Part shown: piece by piece, positions 19,261 through 28,157 of the stretch
Numbering within the stretch: position 1 is the first letter of the stretch
How the letters are laid out: every line of letters starts with the position of its first letter
Assembly (NCBI GenBank): GCA_965217775.1
Contig: CBDCJH010000002.1
Span: 1,760,001 to 1,824,000, forward strand
Length of the DNA stretch: 64,000 nt
Reading direction: 5' to 3'
Origin: Acidobacteriota bacterium
GTDB taxonomy: Bacteria > Acidobacteriota > UBA6911 > RPQK01 > JAJDTT01
The notes under the pieces: model-generated
Told to the model about the DNA's origin: nothing
The model's database searches: none
What the model saw: the letters and a program-made list of their open reading frames with translations, nothing else
Program-made: the position numbers and the translations under genes

Positions 19261-21093
19261 TCACGGATCGAGTTCGGAAAAATCCGGAACCGGAGAGGCC
19301 TCCACGGCTCGAGGCTCCAGAGACAATGCGGTCCGGGAACGGCTCAAACGGTCCCGCAATTCGCTGCTGGCTTCAAGATCCAGATCCCCACCAGCGGATC
19401 GGAGCACCACCCCATACGCGGAACGCGCCTTTTCGACGCTCACCTTTCCTTGCCGGACGTCTTCCCGGACGGCCTCGGGGTCCCGGCAAAGGGGATCGCC
19501 GTAGCCTCCGCCTCCGGCCTGGACCAGATGGTAGACGTCCCCCTCCTTCATGCGAAGCAGGAATTTGGAAGGCAGCGATCTGGCTTCGGTAGCGGGGTTG
19601 AGGGTGTTGCGGGTGGGAGTCCCCGGGCTCCCTCCCTGGCTGCCCCAGGGGAGGAAACGCGTCCGGTCCGACCGGACTTGCAGCGTCGCCTCAGGAGCCA
19701 GCAGCTGAAACTCCCGGACCATCCCCAACCCACCTCGATACCGGCCAGCCCCCCCGGAATCGGTCACGAATCCATAGCGCCGGATCAGGAGCGGCTGATC
19801 GGCCTCGACGGTCTCCACCGGAGTGTTGGCCATGTTGGTGATGGGGGCGGTGACCCCGTCTGCCCCGTCGGCCGCAGGACCGCCGCCTCGAGGTCCGTCA
19901 TTGTTGAACTCCAGATAGACAAAAGGTTTCCCGTCCGGATAGTAGCCCCCGACACTGATGCCGACGTCTCCTCCACCCCAGGCCGCCGGCACCCGATGGG
20001 GCAGCGCCTTCGCGAAGGCGCCGAAAACGGCATGGCCGACCCGGAACCCGCCCAGACCTCGAGCCGCCACCGCCCCGGGATGCCGCGGATTGACGAAACA
20101 GCCCTCCGGCGCCACCACGTGAATGGGCCGGAAGAAACCCGCGTTGGCGTTGATGCCAGGGTCGGTCAAGCACTTGAAGACCGCGTAGACCGTGGACTGG
20201 GTGAAGGCGAAATTGGGGTTGATGGAGCCGCGAGCCTGCGGCGAGGTGCCGGTGAAATCCACCACCATCTCATCGCCTTCGACGGTGATTCGAACTCGGA
20301 TGGCGATGGGATCGGGGTCCAGGCCGTCGGTGTCGATGTAGTCCTGAAATTCCCAGGAACCGTCGGGCAACTCCCGGATCTCGGCTCGAGTCAGACGCTC
20401 CGTGTGATCTACAATGCCGCGCATGTGCTCCTGGAGCCGATCGAAGCCGTACTCCCGGGACAGCCGCAGCAGTTCCTTCTCTCCCTGAGCCAGGGCGGAG
20501 ATCTGAGAACGGAGATCCCCCAATACTTTGTCCGGCACCCGAACGTTGCGTTCCACGATGCGCCAGACGGACCTGTTCAGAGAACCGGCCTCGAACAGCT
20601 TAAGGGGAGGAAGCCTCAATCCCTCCTGATAGATCTCGGTGTTGTCACAGGCATTCCCTCCGGCCACCCGCCCCCCGATGTCGGTGTGGTGAGCGATCAC
20701 ACAGGTCCAGGCCAGGAGCCGGCTCTCCTCGAAGACCGGCTTGAACAGGAAGATGTCGGGGAGATGGCTGGCTCCGTCGTAGGGATCGTTGTTGGCGAAG
20801 ATGTCTGCGGGTTGAACGTCGTTCCCGAATTGGCGGCGAACCGCATCCAGGGCCGGTTGCATGGCGCCCATATGGAAGGGGAGCGTCAATCCCTGGGCCA
20901 CTTGTTGCCCCTCCGGGTCGAAGATGGCAGTGGAGAAGTCCATCCCGTCCTTGACCACGGACGACGACGCCGTTCGCACCACCGTGACGGCCATGGTGTC
21001 CGCGGCGCTGTAGAGATAGTTCTTGACGATCTCCCGGGTCCACGGATCCGGGGACGACTTCTGCTTCGCTTTCTCGCCCCTGCTGCTCATCAC
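19261..21093 (-). CDS. Hydantoinase B / oxoprolinase family protein
   Basis: DFSTAIFD, NDPYDGASHLPD, HHTDIGG, EIYQEGLRLPP, SGGAGRYRGGLG, GGGGYGDP. Confidence 0.92.
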   Translation of the reverse strand: MMSSRGEKAKQKSSPDPWTREIVKNYLYSAADTMAVTVVRTASSSVVKDGMDFSTAIFDPEGQQVAQGLTLPFHMGAMQPALDAVRRQFGNDVQPADIFANNDPYDGASHLPDIFLFKPVFEESRLLAWTCVIAHHTDIGGRVAGGNACDNTEIYQEGLRLPPLKLFEAGSLNRSVWRIVERNVRVPDKVLGDLRSQISALAQGEKELLRLSREYGFDRLQEHMRGIVDHTERLTRAEIRELPDGSWEFQDYIDTDGLDPDPIAIRVRITVEGDEMVVDFTGTSPQARGSINPNFAFTQSTVYAVFKCLTDPGINANAGFFRPIHVVAPEGCFVNPRHPGAVAARGLGGFRVGHAVFGAFAKALPHRVPAAWGGGDVGISVGGYYPDGKPFVYLEFNNDGPRGGGPAADGADGVTAPITNMANTPVETVEADQPLLIRRYGFVTDSGGAGRYRGGLGMVREFQLLAPEATLQVRSDRTRFLPWGSQGGSPGTPTRNTLNPATEARSLPSKFLLRMKEGDVYHLVQAGGGGYGDPLCRDPEAVREDVRQGKVSVEKARSAYGVVLRSAGGDLDLEASSELRDRLSRSRTALSLEPRAVEASPVPDFSELDP

Positions 21094-21099
21094 GACAGT

Positions 21100-23220
21100 T
21101 CAAGCCTCCCGTTCCAGGATGATGTTCAACCGCCGGTCGAGGCGGGCGCTCCAGCCGCTCGGGACCAGGGTCGTGGAGTCGTATTCTTCGATCAGTGCTG
21201 GACCGGGGAGGGCCTTCCCTTCCAAGTCCAACCGGCCCCGGACGGGAGCTTCGATCCACTCCGATTGCGACGGCCCTTGATAGATCCGCCGGGACCGCAC
21301 CTGGGGCCGAAAACCGTCGCTGGACAGCGAGAGGGTCTCGGGAACTCGGGCCACCTGGTCCAGGCCGCGCGCCCGGACCCGGAGATTGACCAGTTCCAGC
21401 TCGGAATCGAGACGATATCCGTAGTTGGCCTCATGCTCCCGGTGGAATGCAGCCTCCAGCGCCTCCAGTCCGTCCCGATCCAGGTTCGGACCGTTGAAAC
21501 GCACTCTCAAATGTGAGGTCTGCCCCTGGTACTTCAAGTCCGCTTCGGTGACCAACTGCCGGCGGCCGGCCGCAAACCCTTCCTGATGCAGGAGATTGTG
21601 GGCCTGCTCCCTCAGGCGGTCCAGCGTCCGGTTCATGGACGCGATCCCCAATTGGGAGAGGGACTTCACCTGAGCCTGAACCAGGTGGTGCTCCACGTCC
21701 GAGAAGAGGAGGCCGAAGCAGCTGAACACCCCCGGAGATGGAGGGATGATGATCCGGGTCATTTGCAACAGCCGGGCCAGGCCCGCGGCGTGGAGAGGAC
21801 CGCCGCCGCCGAAGGCCATGAGGGTGAAACGGCGCGGGTCGCGGCCCCGTTCGCTGGAGACGGCGGCGACGGCCCGGGCCATGTTGGAATTGGCCAGTTG
21901 ATGGACACCCCAGGCCGCTTCGACGGCGGAGACACCGAGCGGGCCCGCCAGCCGGCGATCGATGACCGCCCGCGCCTGGTCGGCGAAGACGGGAAAGTCT
22001 CCGCCCAGCAGGTATCGGCTGTTGAGAAACCCCAGGACCAGGTTGGCATCGGTGACCGTGGGAAGGTCGCCTCCCTGGCCGTAGCAGGCCGGACCCGGGA
22101 CCGCGCCCGCGCTGTCGGGCCCGCAGACGAGCGAGCCACCCTTGTCCACTCGAGCCACACTGCCGCCGCCGGCACTCACTTCCGCCAGGTCGATGGAGGG
22201 AACCCTCAAGATATAGCCGGCGCCTTTCATCAATCGATGTCCCGAGCTCATTCCCCCGCCCACTTCGTACTCGCGGGCGAGCAGGAGCTCCCCCTCCTCG
22301 ATGATGGAGGATTTCGCGGTGGTGCCCCCCATGTCCAGGGTCAGAACGTCGGGCAGATTCAACCGTGCCGCCAGATGATGAGCCCCGACCACGCCGGCGG
22401 CGGGCCCCGACTCGACACAATGGATCGGCTCCTCGGCCGCCAGCCGGACCGACGCCCTTCCCCCGTTGGATTGCATCACGGTCAAGGGGACACCGACTCC
22501 CAGGTCTCGAAGCCCCTGATCGAGGCGTCCCAGGTAGCGAGCGACGATGGGACGGATGTAGGAGTTGATCACCGTGGTGCTGGTTCGCTCGTACTCTCCG
22601 GTCTCGGCCAGAAGCCGGCTGGAGAGCGACAGGCTCAGGCCGGGGATCTTCTCCTCCAGGATTTCGCCAATCCGGGTCTCGTGACGAGGATTGGCGTAGG
22701 AGTGAAGGAGGCAGACCGCCACCGAGCGAATCCCCTCATCCAGCAGCACTTCGGCCGCCTTCTCCACGTCGGATTCCACCAGAGGCGCCAATATCTCGCC
22801 CCGGTAGTCCATGCGCTCCCGCACTTCCAGCCGCAGACGGCGTTCCACCAGCGGGGGCGGCTTGCGATAGTAGAGATCGTAGAGACGCGGCATACGGAGA
22901 CGCGAGATCTCCAGAACGTCCCGGAACCCTTCGGTCGTGATCAGCGCCGTCCTCACCCCCCGGCCCTCCAGGATGGCGTTGGTGGCCAAGGTAAAGGCGT
23001 GGCTGACCTCCGAGAGACGGCCGGCCGTCAATTCCAACTCCCGCAAGCCCGCGTCAAGAGCTTCCAGTACAGCTCGACTGTAGTCGTCGGGCGTACTCAC
23101 CAGCTTCTTGACGTGGACGCCTCCCCGCTCCGAAAGGAAGACGACGTCGGTGAAGGTCCCCCCGATATCCACTCCCACCCGGTAACCGGGCGTGTCGGAC
23201 CCGACGTTCTTCTCCTGCAT
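21100..23220 (-). CDS. Hydantoinase A / oxoprolinase family protein
   Basis: VDIGGTFTD, EYERTSTT, ESGPAAG, DMGGTT, SAGAVPGPACY, AFGGGGPLH. Confidence 0.92.
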   Translation of the reverse strand: MQEKNVGSDTPGYRVGVDIGGTFTDVVFLSERGGVHVKKLVSTPDDYSRAVLEALDAGLRELELTAGRLSEVSHAFTLATNAILEGRGVRTALITTEGFRDVLEISRLRMPRLYDLYYRKPPPLVERRLRLEVRERMDYRGEILAPLVESDVEKAAEVLLDEGIRSVAVCLLHSYANPRHETRIGEILEEKIPGLSLSLSSRLLAETGEYERTSTTVINSYIRPIVARYLGRLDQGLRDLGVGVPLTVMQSNGGRASVRLAAEEPIHCVESGPAAGVVGAHHLAARLNLPDVLTLDMGGTTAKSSIIEEGELLLAREYEVGGGMSSGHRLMKGAGYILRVPSIDLAEVSAGGGSVARVDKGGSLVCGPDSAGAVPGPACYGQGGDLPTVTDANLVLGFLNSRYLLGGDFPVFADQARAVIDRRLAGPLGVSAVEAAWGVHQLANSNMARAVAAVSSERGRDPRRFTLMAFGGGGPLHAAGLARLLQMTRIIIPPSPGVFSCFGLLFSDVEHHLVQAQVKSLSQLGIASMNRTLDRLREQAHNLLHQEGFAAGRRQLVTEADLKYQGQTSHLRVRFNGPNLDRDGLEALEAAFHREHEANYGYRLDSELELVNLRVRARGLDQVARVPETLSLSSDGFRPQVRSRRIYQGPSQSEWIEAPVRGRLDLEGKALPGPALIEEYDSTTLVPSGWSARLDRRLNIILEREA

Positions 23221-23226
23221 TCTTTT

Positions 23227-24795
23227 TTAGCGTCTCCAAGCGAACCAGCGGGACAGGACTCGCCGCGCCCGGGGAGTGAGCCGGGTTCGGTTGTACGCAT
23301 CGCCGACCTGTTTGATGGCCTCGGCCTGCGTCGGATACGGGTGGATCACCTGGGAGAGGGTCCCGAGGCCCAGCCCGGCGACCATGGCCAGCGTGATCTC
23401 GTTGATCATCTCACCGGCGTGCCGGGCGACCACGGTGGCGCCGAGAATCTTGTCGGTCCCCTTCTCCACCAGGACGCTGACCATACCCTCTTCCTCACCA
23501 TCGGTGATCGCCCGGTCCACTTCCGCGAATTCCCGTAGGTAGAGATCGTATTCGATCCCCTGGCGAGAAGCCTCCCTGGAGTTCAGGCCCACATGGGCCA
23601 CTTCCGGGTCGGTGTAGGTGCACCAGGGGATGGTGAGGGTGCTGGCCTTCTTCCGTCCCATGAAGAGAGCGTTCTGGATGACGATTCGAGCCAGGGCATC
23701 GGCGGCGTGGGTGAACTTGTACCGGGAGCAGACGTCCCCGGCAGCGTAGATCCGTTTGTTGCTGGTCTGGAGCTGATCGTTCACCAGGACGCCGCGGCGC
23801 CGGTCGTAATCGACGCCGGCCGCATCCAGGCCCAGTCCCTCCACGTTGGGAGCCCGCCCGGCGGCCACCAGGACCGCGTCGACGGAGACCTGCCGAGTCT
23901 GCCCGTTGCACTTGAGATGAACCTGTTTCTCACCTGCCCGGCTCTCCACTCGAAACACTCTCGAATCGAGGAAGAGTTCGATCCCTTCCCGGCGAAACGC
24001 GTCCTGGACCCTGCGGCCGGCTTCCGCGTCTTCCCGGTCCAGGATCTGCGGATGGCACTGGAAAACGGAAACCCGGGATCCGAAGCGCCCAAACGCCTGG
24101 GCCATTTCGCACCCGATGGGACCGCCGCCGATGACTCCCAACCGCGGGGGCAGCTCAGTCAAGGAGAACAACGTCTCGTTGGTGAGATAGCCGGCTTCCG
24201 CCAGACCCTCGATGGGTGGCGCCGCCGCCCGGCCGCCGGTGGCGATCACCGCCCGCGCGAAGCGCAATGTCTGCCCTCCCACCTGAACCGTATCCCGGCT
24301 CACGAAACGAGCTGCTCCCAGAAAAACGTCCACGCCGAGCTTCCGGAAACGCTCGGCCGAGTCGTGTTCGGCGATCCCGGTGCGCAGCCGGCGCATGCGC
24401 TCCATGACGGATCCGAAGTCCACTTCCTTGGCAACGGAAACGTCGACGCCGAAAGCGCCCGCATCGCGGGCATCGGCGACGGCCCGCGAGGACCGGATCA
24501 GAGCCTTGGAGGGAACGCACCCCACGTTGAGGCAGTCGCCTCCCAACAGGTGCTTCTCGATCAGGGCACAGCGGGCTCCGAGCCCGGTGGCTCCAGCCGC
24601 CGAAACCAGCCCCGCGGTTCCGCCTCCGATGGCCACCAGGTTGTAGCGGCCCGCCGGCTCGGGGTTGGTCCAATCCCCCGGATGGACCCGGGAGACCAGG
24701 AGCCGGTTATGAGAATCCATGGGTAGAACTTCAACGGATTTCGATTCAGGCATGACACGGTTCCATTGTTCGGATACGGATTGCTTAAGGTTCAC
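23227..24795 (-). CDS. Pyridine nucleotide-disulfide oxidoreductase (MerA/LpdA-like, no C-terminal Cys pair)
   Basis: GGGTAG, GGDCLNVGCVPSK, GGGPIG, IHPYPT. Confidence 0.88.
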   Translation of the reverse strand: MNLKQSVSEQWNRVMPESKSVEVLPMDSHNRLLVSRVHPGDWTNPEPAGRYNLVAIGGGTAGLVSAAGATGLGARCALIEKHLLGGDCLNVGCVPSKALIRSSRAVADARDAGAFGVDVSVAKEVDFGSVMERMRRLRTGIAEHDSAERFRKLGVDVFLGAARFVSRDTVQVGGQTLRFARAVIATGGRAAAPPIEGLAEAGYLTNETLFSLTELPPRLGVIGGGPIGCEMAQAFGRFGSRVSVFQCHPQILDREDAEAGRRVQDAFRREGIELFLDSRVFRVESRAGEKQVHLKCNGQTRQVSVDAVLVAAGRAPNVEGLGLDAAGVDYDRRRGVLVNDQLQTSNKRIYAAGDVCSRYKFTHAADALARIVIQNALFMGRKKASTLTIPWCTYTDPEVAHVGLNSREASRQGIEYDLYLREFAEVDRAITDGEEEGMVSVLVEKGTDKILGATVVARHAGEMINEITLAMVAGLGLGTLSQVIHPYPTQAEAIKQVGDAYNRTRLTPRARRVLSRWFAWRR

Positions 24796-24804
24796 CGCGA
24801 ACGG

Positions 24805-25518
24805 CTACGATACTCTCTTGTCCAGGGCCCGGCGGGCCAAGCGGGTCACGTAGACGGTCACTGCCACCGCCGCCAGAAGACCAACGATATAGAAAGCGAA
24901 TTCCTCCGGCGTCCGGGCTCGTCCCTCCTCTCCCAGCGTCGCGAGATCACCCGCCAGGGAACCGATATATACATAAAGTATTGTCCCGGGAAGCATGCCC
25001 AGCCAGGACGCCAACACGTAATGCCGAACCTTGACCTGAGTGATTCCAAACGCGTAGTTGAGCAGATTGAAGGGAAATACAGGCGACAGACGGGTCAATC
25101 CCACGATCTTCCAGCCTTCGCCTGCGACCGCTTCGTCGACGGCGGCGAATCGGGGGTAGGCCTGCATCTTTTCGGCTACCCAGTCGCGTGCCAGGTGGCG
25201 GCCGATCAGGAAGGACGCCGTCGCTCCCAAAGTCGACGAAACGGAGACCAGAACCGTCCCCCAGCCGAGGCCGAAGACGAAACCGGCCCCGAGAGTGAGT
25301 ATGAAACCCGGCAGAAAAAGGACCGTGGCCGCCACGTAGACCAAGAGAAAGGCCACCGGTCCCCAAGGACCCAGTTCGGAAACGGTGTGCAGAACCTCTC
25401 TGAGAAACGGTCCGATATCGTTCCGGATCACCAGCAGCCCGGCGACGACCAGCGCGGCCAACAGCAATTTCCACCACTGATTTCGTTTACCCGGCGGCGA
25501 GTCGTGTCGAGCCATCAC
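24805..25518 (-). CDS. TVP38/TMEM64 (DedA/SNARE-associated) membrane protein
   Basis: LPGFILTLGAGFVFG, RLSPVFPFNLLNYAFG, GMLPGT. Confidence 0.9.
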   Translation of the reverse strand: MMARHDSPPGKRNQWWKLLLAALVVAGLLVIRNDIGPFLREVLHTVSELGPWGPVAFLLVYVAATVLFLPGFILTLGAGFVFGLGWGTVLVSVSSTLGATASFLIGRHLARDWVAEKMQAYPRFAAVDEAVAGEGWKIVGLTRLSPVFPFNLLNYAFGITQVKVRHYVLASWLGMLPGTILYVYIGSLAGDLATLGEEGRARTPEEFAFYIVGLLAAVAVTVYVTRLARRALDKRVS

Positions 25519-25527
25519 TTCCTTTCC

Positions 25528-25693
25528 TTAACAGCCCGTGGCAAAAGTCATCACGGCATTCGACCGTCCCTGCATCCCGGCGGACGGCGTTGCTATCGGC
25601 TCACATACTCCCGGTATGCACCCGAATCGCGCCTTGTCCGGCGGGCGCAGGAACGGTCTCGGTGCTCGCGGGACTTTCACCACGGACTGTTAA
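25528..25693. mobile_element. MITE-like palindromic element with terminal inverted repeats and a TTAA target duplication
   Basis: TTAACAGCCCGTGGCAAAAGTC ... GACTTTCACCACGGACTGTTAA (19/22 complementary); internal arms GACCGTCCCTGC/GCAGGAACGGTC. Confidence 0.8.
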
Positions 25694-26606
25694 CTGCTTG
25701 AGCGGATTCCCAACTGATCCGCTCGCCGTGTGCGTAGACGTTATATCGGCCCGGACGCACGAAGCCCACCAGCGTCATCCCGAAGTCGCGGGCGAGTGCG
25801 ACGGCCAGGCTCGAGGGAGCACTCACCGCCACCACCATGGCGATTCCGGCCATCACCGCCTTCTGAAGGATCTCGAAGCTGGTCCGGCCGCTGACCATCA
25901 TCAGGCGGTCTTCCAACGGCAGCCGGCCTCCCAGAACCTCCCGGCCGATCAGCTTGTCGACAGCGTTGTGCCGGCCCACGTCCTCCCGCAGCGAGAGAAG
26001 ATTCCCGCCCGAATCGAACAAGCCGGCCGCGTGCAGGCCTCCCGTCTGCCGGAACACCTTCTGTCCGGCCCTCAACGTCGGACCCAGCCCTTCGATCACC
26101 CGGCTGTCCACCCGGGGCCGATCCGCCAGGATCTTCCGGGACGGATGGACCCGCAGAGTCTGGAGCGAAGCCTTTCCGCAGACACCGCAACTGGAGGTGG
26201 TGTAGAAGTGCCGGTCGAGTTGCGTGTCGTCGAATTCGACTCCAGGCCGCAGGTCGACCCGGATCCCGTTGTGAAGATCGCCCTCCGAATTCCTGGAAGG
26301 AAAGACTCCCTCGATGTCCTGCTGTTTGAGAATGATTCCCTCGGTGTAGAGGAATCCGCACGCCAACTCCCGGTCGTGACCTGGCGTGCGCATGGTGATG
26401 GAAAGGGTCTTCTCCAAGCGTCTCCCCTGAGAGTAGACTCCCAGGAGAATCTCCAGGGGCTCCTCGACCGCCACCAGATCCGACTCGAGCCGGGCCGATC
26501 CCTTCGCTACCTTTTGGACCTGAACGAACCGGACTCGGGCAGGAAGGGTCTTGGGGCTGTCCGCAAGCTGTAAGTCGGGGCCTCGGTTCGGGTCATCCAG
26601 ATGCAT
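25677..26606 (-). CDS. fdhD: Formate dehydrogenase accessory sulfurtransferase
   Basis: EEPLEI, MRTPGHD, SSCGVCGK, TGGLHAA, REDVGRHNAVDK, SAPSSLA. Confidence 0.93.
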   Translation of the reverse strand: MHLDDPNRGPDLQLADSPKTLPARVRFVQVQKVAKGSARLESDLVAVEEPLEILLGVYSQGRRLEKTLSITMRTPGHDRELACGFLYTEGIILKQQDIEGVFPSRNSEGDLHNGIRVDLRPGVEFDDTQLDRHFYTTSSCGVCGKASLQTLRVHPSRKILADRPRVDSRVIEGLGPTLRAGQKVFRQTGGLHAAGLFDSGGNLLSLREDVGRHNAVDKLIGREVLGGRLPLEDRLMMVSGRTSFEILQKAVMAGIAMVVAVSAPSSLAVALARDFGMTLVGFVRPGRYNVYAHGERISWESAQAVNSPW

Positions 26607-26760
26607 ATTTCGCTCACCAGCGCAATGCGCCTGTCACGCAATGGCAATTATCATAACAACCCTCGGCTTCATAGACTGTCCGAACGCCGCAGGATCGGCT
26701 GCGTTCGGCGGTCCGGCCCGCTCCAAACTCGAGTATCCATCAGACTGATAGACTCGGTGG

Positions 26761-27138
26761 ATGGTGGTGCGCTTGGACAAGTGGCTCCAAGTGGCCCGCG
26801 TCTTCAAGACTCGGAGCCAAGCCACCCGGGCCTGTGTTCGGGGAAGGGTCCGAGTGGGAGGTGTCGCGGCCAAGGCTCACCGGAAGGTTTCGGTGGACGA
26901 TCGCATCGAGGTCCGGCTCAAAGCCCGGACCCGGGTCTTGCTGGTCAAGGAACTCCGGAACAAGCCGGTCCCCAAAGCCCAGGCCCGCACCCTTTATGAA
27001 GATCTGAGCGTTGAGCCGCCCCGCCCCGCATTCGACCCGTACTCGGCAATACTGCCGCCCGAACGAATCGTCAAGGGTCGTCCCTCCAAGCGGGATCGAA
27101 GGCGCATCGACCGCTGGCGCCGAGACTCTTCTTCGTGA
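26761..27138 (+). CDS. hslR: S4-domain ribosome-associated heat-shock protein Hsp15
   Basis: RLDKWLQVARVFKTRSQA...GRPSKRDRR. Confidence 0.88.
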   Translation: MVVRLDKWLQVARVFKTRSQATRACVRGRVRVGGVAAKAHRKVSVDDRIEVRLKARTRVLLVKELRNKPVPKAQARTLYEDLSVEPPRPAFDPYSAILPPERIVKGRPSKRDRRRIDRWRRDSSS

Positions 27139-27140
27139 GT

Positions 27141-27770
27141 TCAGCCGGCCTGATAGACGAGGAGGTCTTTCCGTTCCGGTTCGTCCGGCTGCGGAATCCT
27201 GACCCGGGCGGCGTCCAGGTCCATGCTGGCGATATACGGCAGATTGCGGTATCGGTCCCGGTAGTCCAGACCGTATCCGATCAGGAATTCCGCACTGGCC
27301 TGAAACCCGGCGTACCGGATGGGAACCTCCACCAGTCGAAGATCTCGCCGGTCCAGCAGAGTGCATACCGTGATGGAGGCCGGTTTCCGCCGGGAGAGCA
27401 GCCCGAAAAGGGAATGGACCGTCAGCCCCGTGTCGATGATGTCCTCGACCAGCAGCAGGTGCCTTCCGGCGATCTCTCCCTGCAGGTCCTTGAGAATTCT
27501 GACCCGGTCTTGATCCCGCCCGGGGTGGTAACGGCTCACGGAAATAAAATCGAGACCGACGGGCGAGGGGATGCTCCGGATCAGGTCGCAGGTAAAGACG
27601 AAGGCGCCCTTCAGTATTCCAACGACCAACAGGTCCCTTCCCCGGTAGTCCGAATCGATTCGGCGCCCCAGTTCGCCCACCCGTCTCAGAATCGTAGCTT
27701 GGTCATAGACGATCTCCCTCACGACGGACAGGAACGACTCCTTTACCGTGGGCACGAGAGTCTTGCTCAT
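27141..27770 (-). CDS. hpt: Hypoxanthine phosphoribosyltransferase
   Basis: GILKGAFVF, LLVEDIIDTGLT, FLIGYGLDY..YRNLPYI; ATG 27770 overlaps the upstream stop (ATGA). Confidence 0.9.
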   Translation of the reverse strand: MSKTLVPTVKESFLSVVREIVYDQATILRRVGELGRRIDSDYRGRDLLVVGILKGAFVFTCDLIRSIPSPVGLDFISVSRYHPGRDQDRVRILKDLQGEIAGRHLLLVEDIIDTGLTVHSLFGLLSRRKPASITVCTLLDRRDLRLVEVPIRYAGFQASAEFLIGYGLDYRDRYRNLPYIASMDLDAARVRIPQPDEPERKDLLVYQAG

Positions 27771-28120
27771 GCCAGGATTCCGAACTTGAAGAGGAGCTTC
27801 CGATAGTCCCGGCCGTAGAGAATCTTCAGCTTCACGTCGGGATACAACGCGCGCATCTGGCGTATTTTTCGGTTCTTCGGCGTGACCAGACTCTGTTTCA
27901 TGGTGGTCAGTTCCACATAGAGCTCGAACTGCGGAAGGTAGAAATCCGGCGTAAAACTCCGGATGACCCGGCCTTGGGCATCGCGGTGCAAAGGGAAACT
28001 GACCGGTTCGTAGCGCCACTCGATCCGGTAGAAGTCCAGAAAACGGGCGAAGTTGACCTCACTCTCGTGAGCAAAGTGAAGCTGTCGTACGGGGCGGCCT
28101 GCCTTGACCATGCTGGCCAC
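27767..28120 (-). CDS. Small PD-(D/E)XK-like putative nuclease
   Basis: FAHESE..F..F, WRYEPVSF, FTPDFYLP..LYVELTT. Confidence 0.65.
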   Translation of the reverse strand: MASMVKAGRPVRQLHFAHESEVNFARFLDFYRIEWRYEPVSFPLHRDAQGRVIRSFTPDFYLPQFELYVELTTMKQSLVTPKNRKIRQMRALYPDVKLKILYGRDYRKLLFKFGILA

Positions 28121-28157
28121 TTGTTTTTACCAGAATGCTCTGACGGGTCTTGGGATC

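Noticed and set aside
23227-24795. Mercuric reductase merA
   Set aside because: No C-terminal Cys-Cys pair, no NmerA domain and no mer operon.
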